Below, piece by piece: positions 1 to 8,622 of a stretch of DNA of 64,000 nt. The notes beneath the pieces are model-generated. The model was given only the letters and a program-made list of their open reading frames with translations. It was not told the DNA's origin and did not search any database. The stretch is from NCBI GenBank assembly GCA_038728965.1, contig JAVYSX010000004.1, positions 1,309 through 65,308 on the forward strand, given 5' to 3'. Each line of letters opens with the position of its first letter. The stretch's first letter is position 1. The position numbers and the translations under genes were made by a program. The DNA comes from Thermoplasmatales archaeon (lineage in GTDB: Archaea; Thermoplasmatota; Thermoplasmata; Thermoplasmatales; GCA-001856825).

Positions 1-1090
1 GCGGCGGAATGAACCATACGATCACCAGCAGGAGAGCTAAAATTAACAGGAAAACGGAGAGGGCTGGAACCAATCTAAAACTCCTGATGAGACCCTTTAT
101 TATGATGTAGAATACGAAACCATCCAGAATCATCAACATCATCATTCCGAAAAGGAAAATGGGGTTCCTTTCAAGGCCAAAGACGACGCCGAGGACCTCT
201 ATTATTTGCCCTCCTATTAGCCAGGTGGCGGAAATGGGAAAGATAAATTTGGATCCTCGGCCAAATCTTATCCTTGGGATTCTGCTCCTTGTGTAAAATC
301 TTGAAACTAGTAGGTACGTGGCTAAAAGGAGGGTAACACTGAGGCCGAAGAATGGCAGCAGCAGTGAGTTTAAGATCAGGAAAGATGCAGCTGGGAATAT
401 CCCTATTGCACTCTCACACTGACATCCCAATGCACTGAGTACGCTATAACCTGCAGATGCGAGGCCGCCCACCTTTTTATTCTTATTCAAAAGAGGGACG
501 ATCAGGTGATAATTCTCCACAAGGAGAACTGAAGTAATTAGGTATAGAAAGAACTGAAATGGGGAAATAATAATGTCGGTGCTTTTTGTAGAGAGAAACA
601 GACCGGCAGATTCTGTTATCGGGATTTGCTCCCCTATCGCACCCATCTTGTCAGCTAAAAGCTCAACAGTTAGTGGTGCAGGAACTGGCTGAGTAACCAG
701 GAGTATAGATTTGCTTATGAAGAACATAAAAGTCAGGACTAGTATGAAAGAGGTGACCCTCGTAGTTTTATGTTCCACCTCTATTCTAAACATAGCCAGC
801 ACGGCAGCGGAAGCTGAGGGAATTAAGAATAGTGCTAGAAATACGTTCTGGGCTAGCAGTAATAATGCGAATTCATAAAATAGTATGTAGGAGAGTGCAT
901 AGAGTTCTATAAGTTCTTTCCTGGCCAATATTGGAAATATAACAACGGCATTAATCGCTATTGAAAAAAGGAGGAGTAAAAGTGATGAATCTGAAGAGTA
1001 AATTATTAAATTAAACCCTGCCCCTAAAAAAATTAAGAGATCAAGAAAAAATAAAGAAATTATAGCTAAAATGTAAATCCATCTATTCAT
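1..1090 (-). CDS. Multipass membrane protein, 3' end outside the window; last visible gene of the respiratory operon
   Basis: Not in the ORF track. Manual translation from the ATG at 1090 (overlapping the cytochrome b stop) is open to position 1: MNRWIYILAIISLFFLDLLIFLGAG...LSALGCQCESAIGIFP...VIVWFIPP, with many hydrophobic segments. Confidence 0.8.
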   Translation of the reverse strand, partial: MNRWIYILAIISLFFLDLLIFLGAGFNLIIYSSDSSLLLLLFSIAINAVVIFPILARKELIELYALSYILFYEFALLLLAQNVFLALFLIPSASAAVLAMFRIEVEHKTTRVTSFILVLTFMFFISKSILLVTQPVPAPLTVELLADKMGAIGEQIPITESAGLFLSTKSTDIIISPFQFFLYLITSVLLVENYHLIVPLLNKNKKVGGLASAGYSVLSALGCQCESAIGIFPAASFLILNSLLLPFFGLSVTLLLATYLLVSRFYTRSRIPRIRFGRGSKFIFPISATWLIGGQIIEVLGVVFGLERNPIFLFGMMMLMILDGFVFYIIIKGLIRSFRLVPALSVFLLILALLLVIVWFIPP

Positions 1091-2681
1091 TATATACTAG
1101 CGACCTGTAGAGCATTACAAATGAACCAGCGATGAGAAAAAGGATACCCATCCCGACGCCGTATAATGACTGGTTAAAGGAGTTTGTCGGAGGTATAACT
1201 GTTATGATGGATATAACAGCCACTGCCAGAAATCCGAAGATACCCCCAAATACAATATGACCTCTGGGAGACAACTTCTTCACCGCATGTTCCCTTCGCA
1301 ACCCGTAAATGAGCGCGTACGTTTCCAAGCCAGCTATTGCGAGGAGAACTAAAAGGAGTATTGCCGATATTGAGGAGAATAGAGATGTTGAAGTAATGGA
1401 AGAATAAATGGCCATACCGGCAAGGACGGAGAGAAGACCGTCTATGACTATCATTATGTATATCTTCCACGAATTTTGAAATTTTGTCCGCTCATTTTCG
1501 ATGATGCTGGAAATATACCAAACCAGTGGAATCACTATAATCATTGGTATGACGAAGAAAAGTAGGCCGACAGTATTGCTGACTGGAATCCCGGGATAGA
1601 GGGCGCCCCAGGCTGAGAGCCCAATCAGGTAGATCACACCTATCACGCCCGTTGAAACGAAAAGATGCCTATTTGTAGTCTTGAGCGTGCCAGATTTATC
1701 AATGTAGGGGATGGCAAATAGGTAGACAACGGGAAGACCTATGAAGAGAACAGATGCCCAAAAGGGTCCAATCGTGCCCGAGACTGCAAAATCTAGCTCC
1801 TTGTACACGAAGAGGAGAAACCAAGGAGGATAGGGGGGTACAAGTGAAGCAAGAGGACTCGTAGCTGATACCTGAGGGAACGGTGAGAAAAGTGCTGGAA
1901 CGTGAGGGGCTATAGCTATTACAGACGGAATTATGAAGATCAAGGCGAGGGTGAAGAGAGCTATCTGGGCCATATAATAAAGGTTGTATGGGTACCACGG
2001 TTTGTAGCCTTTATCATCTGAGTCTAAGGCAGGAACTTTGTAATTCACCCTTCTTGGGTCTGGCATTATGGTGTTAAATTCCGCTAGGAAAAAGTGCATG
2101 GCAAAAATGACAAGTATGAGCCCTGCTAATATTATGTGCCATCCCTCATACCTCGTGAAGAGTGAGATAGATTCTCCGTTTCCAAGGACTATCAGAGAAA
2201 GATAGGAACCAATGAATGGGAACCCGTTTATTATTCCTTTTGCAACATCTGTAGCGTCCGATGAAAGGACATCTCCAGAAAGAGAGTAACCGAAATAGGC
2301 AACGGCAACAGTGAGAATCAGAAGAATTACACCTGATACCCACTGCATCTCTCTCGGCTGTTTATATGCACCCACGAATAGGTTCCTTAAGAGATGAACA
2401 TATACTAGCGCTATCATTATGTAGGCACCGTAAAGATGCGTTGTAAGTATGACTGAACCGTACGGGATTCCAAGGATGGCCTCCGTGCTTGCGTAGGCGT
2501 TTGAAGGTTGATAGTAAAGAAACAATATGAGACCCGTCGCTACCTCGTAGAAAAAGGCGATCATAACCATGGCGCCAGTCCAGTACCATATTCCACCCCT
2601 GCTTCTCATGTAGTCTGGAACCTTTCGTGGTACTGGCCTTGGTTCATTCATCACCAATTCAAGCAAACTTTTATCTGACAT
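1083..2681 (-). CDS. Cytochrome b of a Rieske/cytochrome b complex (SoxC/SoxG-like, C-terminally extended)
   Basis: Paired heme His in THLYGAYIMIALVYVHLLR and WHIILAGLILVIFAMHFF; REMQWVSG; PPWF at the PEWY position; next to a Rieske gene. Confidence 0.93.
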   Translation of the reverse strand: MSDKSLLELVMNEPRPVPRKVPDYMRSRGGIWYWTGAMVMIAFFYEVATGLILFLYYQPSNAYASTEAILGIPYGSVILTTHLYGAYIMIALVYVHLLRNLFVGAYKQPREMQWVSGVILLILTVAVAYFGYSLSGDVLSSDATDVAKGIINGFPFIGSYLSLIVLGNGESISLFTRYEGWHIILAGLILVIFAMHFFLAEFNTIMPDPRRVNYKVPALDSDDKGYKPWYPYNLYYMAQIALFTLALIFIIPSVIAIAPHVPALFSPFPQVSATSPLASLVPPYPPWFLLFVYKELDFAVSGTIGPFWASVLFIGLPVVYLFAIPYIDKSGTLKTTNRHLFVSTGVIGVIYLIGLSAWGALYPGIPVSNTVGLLFFVIPMIIVIPLVWYISSIIENERTKFQNSWKIYIMIVIDGLLSVLAGMAIYSSITSTSLFSSISAILLLVLLAIAGLETYALIYGLRREHAVKKLSPRGHIVFGGIFGFLAVAVISIITVIPPTNSFNQSLYGVGMGILFLIAGSFVMLYRSLVYNE

Positions 2682-2685
2682 TACA

Positions 2686-3390
2686 TCACCCGGGTATTGT
2701 TGATACTGATGTGGTAGTGGTGGTTATTGCTTGACCGCCGGAAAGATCCGAAGTGTGACCGTATACTGTTGGCCCTACCATCATGGTGGCACTATACATA
2801 TCTTTGGACGAATCATATGAAAGAACGAGGCTCGGAAGGGGATGCGTAGTTGGACCGGTTACCACAGAAAACCCTGCATACGGATCGTACGTGCTCCCGT
2901 GACAGTCGCAGTGTATTTTCCCAGGAAAAGTACCCGAGGACGGCGGATGGTATCTTATCTCCGGCGGAATGCACCCCAGATGCTGGCATATCGCCGAGGA
3001 TGCTACAACAGATCCGTACGGACCAACTCCGGCCGGTGATTTGTAGGTTTGTCCTGTTGCAGGAATCCTAACCAATGTTGAATCGATCTTCACGTCCTTT
3101 CCTGATGAATCTCCGAGCCTGAGCAAGAAATTAGGTTCGTTCTTCAAAGGATAATAAAACTCCACTATCTGGGGGTTATTCACAACAAGGTCAGTAGTGT
3201 GAACAGGATTCCCGTTGGGAAGAGTTAGCAAAAGGGTTGGAAATGAAGTCTCAGACTGGACGGGCGCCGGTAACACATTCTGTACAACACTCCTCAGTGT
3301 TCCTGCGATTCCTGCACCTATGATCAGGATACCCATAATCTTCAAAAAATTTCTCTTCTGCTCGTCCTTAGGATTACTTTGCTCCCCCAA
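2686..3390 (-). CDS. Rieske [2Fe-2S] protein (SoxL/SoxF-like), Tat substrate
   Basis: CQHLGC and CDCHGS motifs; N-terminal KRNFLK plus a hydrophobic anchor. Confidence 0.95.
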   Translation of the reverse strand: MGEQSNPKDEQKRNFLKIMGILIIGAGIAGTLRSVVQNVLPAPVQSETSFPTLLLTLPNGNPVHTTDLVVNNPQIVEFYYPLKNEPNFLLRLGDSSGKDVKIDSTLVRIPATGQTYKSPAGVGPYGSVVASSAICQHLGCIPPEIRYHPPSSGTFPGKIHCDCHGSTYDPYAGFSVVTGPTTHPLPSLVLSYDSSKDMYSATMMVGPTVYGHTSDLSGGQAITTTTTSVSTIPG

Positions 3391-3401
3391 ATCTTCCCAC
3401 C

Positions 3402-4148
3402 TTACGAAACCACATCAACTACGCCAGTCATCCATCCTGCCGTGGCCATTGCTCCGCCCCATCCATCTAGCTCATTCCCGCACGGAACGAAACATTGCCA
3501 AGTATAGGTACCCGTGTTGTTCAGATAGAAATGGGCAACTGTTATTGCACCCCCCGACGGGTTAGAACCAGCGTACGTAGGTATGTTCAGAAGAATTGAG
3601 CCGTCATTGAGGATTGTGAACGTATGTGTAACCTCCCATCCGCCCAGCGTAGCATTCCACGGAAGAGAAGATACAGCCCACCCTTGACCGTGTGATATCG
3701 TTATATTATCTGAGGAATTTCCCGAAAGAGTTGCATTTATGTATTGCGAAGAGCCATTGTAAATGTACTCAACGCCTCCGACCGTGCCTATGACCTTTGC
3801 GTAAGTGGAATTATTTGAAGTTCCATTAGGCCCAATATTGCTGGTAACCCCGGAATCGTAATCTGTAATGACAATAGTAATTAGCTCGTGAGCCGGTAGC
3901 TTGATGAGGGCAGATGACTCTAGCTCTCCATTGGGACCGACAACGAAATAAGCAGGTTGCCTGTGGTGTATCGTTGAATTGTTGAACCAGTTATTCGGTG
4001 AGATCACTAGGAATAATGTTGTGCTTGGCTGGGTTGTTTTTGCGGTGGAAGGTGATGATACTTCCTTGTAGTAAGCAGCTCCAATTCCGATACCTCCAAT
4101 GATCACAATTGCGGCTATAATAGAATAAAGAGCTTTCTCTGATAACAT
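3402..4148 (-). CDS. Membrane-anchored cupredoxin-fold protein (sulfocyanin/CuA-like position)
   Basis: N-terminal TM helix; HTFTI and GTYTWQCFVPCG...M...M at the C-terminus; many N-x-S/T sequons; first gene of the Rieske/cytochrome b operon. Confidence 0.75.
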   Translation of the reverse strand: MLSEKALYSIIAAIVIIGGIGIGAAYYKEVSSPSTAKTTQPSTTLFLVISPNNWFNNSTIHHRQPAYFVVGPNGELESSALIKLPAHELITIVITDYDSGVTSNIGPNGTSNNSTYAKVIGTVGGVEYIYNGSSQYINATLSGNSSDNITISHGQGWAVSSLPWNATLGGWEVTHTFTILNDGSILLNIPTYAGSNPSGGAITVAHFYLNNTGTYTWQCFVPCGNELDGWGGAMATAGWMTGVVDVVS

Positions 4149-4267
4149 ACGTGCTTTAGTTATACCTCTAGTATAAATTTTGCTTTAATTTAAGCATAAT
4201 TAATATAATTCAATGAAATTAGTTAAACGAAACGTACTAATTTTAATGCGACTATAGAAAAAAGATG

Positions 4268-4939
4268 TTACCTTTCACATCCCTCGCACCATAAATAAAA
4301 ATCCAGAAATGAAATCTCTTCCCTCAGCAGTATAACTTCAATGTTTGAGAGAGCTCCCTTTCTCCTCTTATCATATGGGATATTCTGGATATCGGTCACC
4401 TTCTTGATGACCTCACCCATCGCATTATCTGCACCTACCTTTATGCCGACTGGCTCTAAGCGCTCTCCCGTCACATTCAGCTTTGCCGGAATATTAACAG
4501 AACCAAGAAATAGAACAGGTTCTTCATCATTGAGGACAAGTTTTGTATTTTCAGAGTAAAAAACAACGTCTGCGAGCAGTGAAAGTGACACACCGTTATT
4601 AATGGCAGAGCCATTTATAGCTGAAAATACAGGTTTTTCCAGAGATGCCCAGAAGAGAACCAGGCTCATTATCCTTTTGAAGTAGTCCCTGAGGTCGGCA
4701 TATGATCGATTTTGCGGAAGTGATAGCCCCTTCGAAAAAATGTAATTTGTGCCAGTGAGCAGTATAGATTTGATATTATCGTCTACAGCCGCGATCGAAA
4801 GTATCCTTATGAGTTCATCCAAGAGATCGTTGTCAATTAAACCTGGAGACAGGATGGTTATTATACCTGTGTTCCTCTCCCTCCAAAACGATGTTTTTTT
4901 GAATCCGTCAACAGTCGGCGCAGAAGCTATGTTAGGCAT
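4268..4939 (-). CDS. Enoyl-CoA hydratase/crotonase-fold protein, divergent
   Basis: ILLTG..FSKG and KPVFSAING.A..G..L.L.AD motifs. Confidence 0.75.
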   Translation of the reverse strand: MPNIASAPTVDGFKKTSFWRERNTGIITILSPGLIDNDLLDELIRILSIAAVDDNIKSILLTGTNYIFSKGLSLPQNRSYADLRDYFKRIMSLVLFWASLEKPVFSAINGSAINNGVSLSLLADVVFYSENTKLVLNDEEPVLFLGSVNIPAKLNVTGERLEPVGIKVGADNAMGEVIKKVTDIQNIPYDKRRKGALSNIEVILLREEISFLDFYLWCEGCER

Positions 4940-5070
4940 GGCTCAATACTCCCCCAGTTCCTGATATCTATTTGCCTAAAGCGTTTTCTGTGCCTGTTGT
5001 CTTTAACATACGAATGTGTTAAGTTTCAATTACGCGGTGTAAAAATTATATGTCGGTATCCGGTTTTTGA

Positions 5071-5871
5071 TCAATCCTCACGTACCAGAATCTTTGCGGC
5101 AACTACCCCTGAGAAGTAGAGAGCGATTATTATTAATGCAATAGTTGTCTCCATTATACCACCAGTTGCACCTGGAGAGATGATCAGTGCGATAAAAAAT
5201 GCGGCTATAACTGCATATCTCCAATTTCTAACCCAGGTTGAAACCGGCACAATCTTGAGGTACGAAAGTGAAAAAACAACAACGGGTGTTTCGAAGACAG
5301 CTCCCATTCCTATGGTTATAAGGAGTATTATTGAGACAAACTGCGCTATTCCAATGGTAGGTTCGACGCCCAGGTCTAAAGCAAATTTGTAAATAACATC
5401 CATCAGAAGTGGCACAACTAACTTCAGAGAGAATGTAGCACCTGCAGCGAATAACAGCAACACGGGTATGACAGACGAGACGATTACCTTCTTCTCTTTT
5501 CCGTACAGTCCAGGTTCGGAGAACTTTATCAATTGATATACCAATATTGGAATCACGATGGCAGCAGAAACTGATAGCGAAACGTAAACAACGCTAACTA
5601 CTATATCGAAAGGCGATACGTTGATCAGTATGAGTTTAGAAGGGATAAGATTACTTTCCATATACCTCAGGAGATGTACTGAAAAACTACCGTAAAATGA
5701 TGGGAATGGATAGTAGAATCTGAATCCTATGAATTCAAAAGGCATGGGGCCGAAGATGAACATGAAGAAAAATATAATTATGAATAAAATGAGCGTAATT
5801 CGTATTCTTGCTAGAAGTTCATCTATATACTGAAACAACTTCCCCCCGAGACGTCCTTCAGATTGAGTCAT
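5071..5871 (-). CDS. tatC: Twin-arginine translocase subunit TatC
   Basis: ELLARI, PGLY.KEK, G..FETPV and WRYAVI...A.IISP motifs; 6 TM segments. Confidence 0.93.
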   Translation of the reverse strand: MTQSEGRLGGKLFQYIDELLARIRITLILFIIIFFFMFIFGPMPFEFIGFRFYYPFPSFYGSFSVHLLRYMESNLIPSKLILINVSPFDIVVSVVYVSLSVSAAIVIPILVYQLIKFSEPGLYGKEKKVIVSSVIPVLLLFAAGATFSLKLVVPLLMDVIYKFALDLGVEPTIGIAQFVSIILLITIGMGAVFETPVVVFSLSYLKIVPVSTWVRNWRYAVIAAFFIALIISPGATGGIMETTIALIIIALYFSGVVAAKILVRED

Positions 5872-6045
5872 CCGTTTATGCCTGATTCTCTTTCATATTA
5901 AAATGTTCTCTCGTAGCACGTCGCAAGCTAACGATCTCGAACCATTCGAAAAATTGTACCGTTGACAACCATTCGGAGCACGTTGAAGCTAACCTCCAAC
6001 CAAACGTTTTGATAAACCTTAAGTTTAGTTCGCTATGTTAGCTTA

Positions 6046-6660
6046 ATGGAGAAAAAAATTATAGTGGCTCTGGATGTCAATATAAAAAAGGCTGTAGAAA
6101 TCGCTTCCGAAGTTCGGGAAGATGTATACGCGTTCAAAGTTGGTTATCCTTTAATTCTGGAACGGGGAGTAGATGCCCTGAAAGAAATATCTTCATATGG
6201 AAAAGTTATTGCAGACTTGAAGATTTCTGATATCCCTGATGTATCTGCAAGGATCGCGAGTGAGCTTACTTCTAATGGTGCTGCCGGAGTGATTGTTCAC
6301 GGATTTGTGGGAAGAGATGTTGTTAGGGCATGCAGGAAGGTTAGCAGGGAGATCTACGTAGTTGCAGAGATGAGCCACAACGGTAGCCTCGAATTTATGT
6401 CAGTTCACGCTGAGGAAATAGCGAGGATGGCAAAGGAAGAGGGGGCAGATGGAATTGTGGCACCAGCGACACGGTCAGAGAGAATAAGAATCCTCAAGGA
6501 AATATCTGGACTAAAGGTAATTTCCCCCGGGGTTGGAGCACAAGGGGGGAGCTATAGGGATGCAATTGAAAACGGTGCAGATTATGTTATAATAGGCAGA
6601 AGCATTACCATGGCTGATAACCCAAGAGATATCATAGGAATGATTAACGCAGGAACGTGA
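6046..6660 (+). CDS. pyrF: Orotidine 5'-phosphate decarboxylase
   Basis: IVALD, DLKISDIP, SPGVGAQGG and IIGRSI motifs. Confidence 0.96.
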   Translation: MEKKIIVALDVNIKKAVEIASEVREDVYAFKVGYPLILERGVDALKEISSYGKVIADLKISDIPDVSARIASELTSNGAAGVIVHGFVGRDVVRACRKVSREIYVVAEMSHNGSLEFMSVHAEEIARMAKEEGADGIVAPATRSERIRILKEISGLKVISPGVGAQGGSYRDAIENGADYVIIGRSITMADNPRDIIGMINAGT

Positions 6661-7838
6661 AATATATGTATCTCACGAAAGAGGAAGAGAAGATATACGA
6701 AGGTGAGGCCGGGGAGGCAAGGAAAGTATCAATTAGACTTCTTGCCGCCCTAGGCGAGCTCGGTGGCGCTGAGAGACTTATACCTATTAAATCCGCTCAT
6801 ATATCGGGTGTCTCCTACAAGAATATTGGTGACGGAGGAATACAGTTTCTTAAAAGAATTAAAGAGAGGGTCTCAGTACCTACTACACTGAATCCGCTTG
6901 GCTTTGATATTGAGAACGGTGGTCCCGTAGATATAGATGAAAAATTTAGGGCGAAACAGATGGAGATTGTTGATTTATATAGGAATATGGGCATCATAGA
7001 GAGCTTCACATGCACACCTTATTATTTCTACAACGAGCCATCGTTCGGAGATCACTTAGCCTGGGCAGAAAGCTCGGCAATAATTTACGCGAATTCCCTA
7101 ATAGGTGCCAGAACTAATAGAGAGTCTGGCCCATCGGCGCTGGCTTCCGCTATATTAGGAAAAACACCTAACCATGGACTTCACAGGACGGAAAACAGGA
7201 AGCCACAGGTTATCGTCAACGTGACCACTCAGCTCGATTATACTGGCTTTGCCGCACTAGGCCTATATCTGGGTCCAATTCTGAGAACAAAAATACCATT
7301 CATAAAGGTACCAAACGGCGCTAAGCCCGCTGAAGTCAAGGCTCTATCGGCTGCGCTTTCGGCGACGTCCTCTATACCTATGTTCCATATGGATGGAGTT
7401 ACGCCGGAATCTTCTATTCCTTTTGAAACAGGTGAAACAATGGATATTGACAGTTCTGTTATAGATGAGACATTGGAGAGGAATTCATCACAGACGGAAC
7501 CAGATCTCATAGCTATAGGGTGCCCCCACCTGTCCCCAGAAGAGATAGAGTTCATAGCAAGCAAGGTAAAGGGAAAAAAGAAAACAGGACCCGATTTCTT
7601 TCTTTTCACGTCGAGGGAGGTTAAGAAGAGGGAGGCTGATTCAGTGAAAATCATAGAGGACTTCGGAGGCAAGGTCCTAACTGATACCTGCATGGTAGTG
7701 TCGCCCCTCAGCAATAAATATTCGAGTACCGGAACGAACTCAGGTAAAGCAAGCTTCTATCTTCCATTGAAGGGATACGGAAATCAGAAGGTGACGTTCA
7801 TGGCAATCATCGACCTCCTTAAATGGGTGATCGCGTGA
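6657..7838 (+). CDS. Aconitase X large subunit (DUF521; phosphomevalonate dehydratase large subunit family)
   Basis: AHISGVSYKNIG, FTCTPY, AWAESSA...NS..GARTNRE, IGCPH, DTCMVVSP and TNSGKA motifs. Confidence 0.92.
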   Translation: MKYMYLTKEEEKIYEGEAGEARKVSIRLLAALGELGGAERLIPIKSAHISGVSYKNIGDGGIQFLKRIKERVSVPTTLNPLGFDIENGGPVDIDEKFRAKQMEIVDLYRNMGIIESFTCTPYYFYNEPSFGDHLAWAESSAIIYANSLIGARTNRESGPSALASAILGKTPNHGLHRTENRKPQVIVNVTTQLDYTGFAALGLYLGPILRTKIPFIKVPNGAKPAEVKALSAALSATSSIPMFHMDGVTPESSIPFETGETMDIDSSVIDETLERNSSQTEPDLIAIGCPHLSPEEIEFIASKVKGKKKTGPDFFLFTSREVKKREADSVKIIEDFGGKVLTDTCMVVSPLSNKYSSTGTNSGKASFYLPLKGYGNQKVTFMAIIDLLKWVIA

Positions 7839-8614
7839 TAAAGGGCAGGGGCCTATCACCTGGATTTGCGTCTGCGAAGGCTGTAGTGTGCGATCAATAC
7901 ATTTCACCTCTAGGCGAGCTTGGTCTGGACGGCTGCATCACTGCAGGTCCGTGCGAGGGTAGTCTGGTATCAGGTAAGATCTTCGTGTTCCGGGGAGGAA
8001 GGGGGTCGACTGTTGGCTCTTATATTTTTCTGCAGCTGAAGGAAAGCGGGAAAGCACCCGCGGGAATAATAAATGAGGTCGGTGAACAGATCGTAGTGAC
8101 GGGGGCAATCATTTCTAATCTGCCCATGGTTGATTTAATGCCAATCGACATATTTGTAGATGGAGATAAGGTTACTTTAAACGGTTCCACCGGTGAAGTA
8201 ACGATAGAAAATGTAGAGGAGAAAATGGTCGCAACTGCATATGTGGTCAGAAATGGAAGGCTCCTTTTAATGAGAAGATCTGATTCAGCACCGTCATATG
8301 CAGGTATGTACGGCGGGGTCTCTGGATATATCGAGGAGGGAGAGCGACCCGAGGACGCAGCTCGAAGGGAAGTTGCGGAGGAAACATTGCTACCCGACCT
8401 AAAGCTGCTGAAGATAGGAAAGGAAGTTCAGGTAAGATACGGCCAGACTCTATTCAGGATCACACCGGTTCTTATGAGCTCCGTCTCTGGTGATGTCAAG
8501 CTTAACTATGAAAATTCGTCTTACTCTTGGGTAACTCGCGATGAGCTACAGGGACTGGAAACAGTACCAAAATTCAAGGAGGTATTTGATTCGCTCCTCA
8601 ATTCAAATCCCTAA
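7823..8614 (+). CDS. Aconitase X small/swivel subunit (DUF126) fused to a C-terminal Nudix hydrolase domain
   Basis: N-half has GRGSTVGSY and KAPAGII (DUF126); C-half has the Nudix box GYIEEGERPEDAARREVAEETLL. Confidence 0.88.
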   Translation: MGDRVIKGRGLSPGFASAKAVVCDQYISPLGELGLDGCITAGPCEGSLVSGKIFVFRGGRGSTVGSYIFLQLKESGKAPAGIINEVGEQIVVTGAIISNLPMVDLMPIDIFVDGDKVTLNGSTGEVTIENVEEKMVATAYVVRNGRLLLMRRSDSAPSYAGMYGGVSGYIEEGERPEDAARREVAEETLLPDLKLLKIGKEVQVRYGQTLFRITPVLMSSVSGDVKLNYENSSYSWVTRDELQGLETVPKFKEVFDSLLNSNP

Positions 8615-8622
8615 GGTAAAAT

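Noticed and set aside
5915-5993. Imperfect direct repeats (AGCACGT..AAGCTAAC twice, AACCATTCG twice) between tatC and pyrF
   Set aside because: Only two short degenerate copies with no regular spacing; not a CRISPR array, and no function can be supported.
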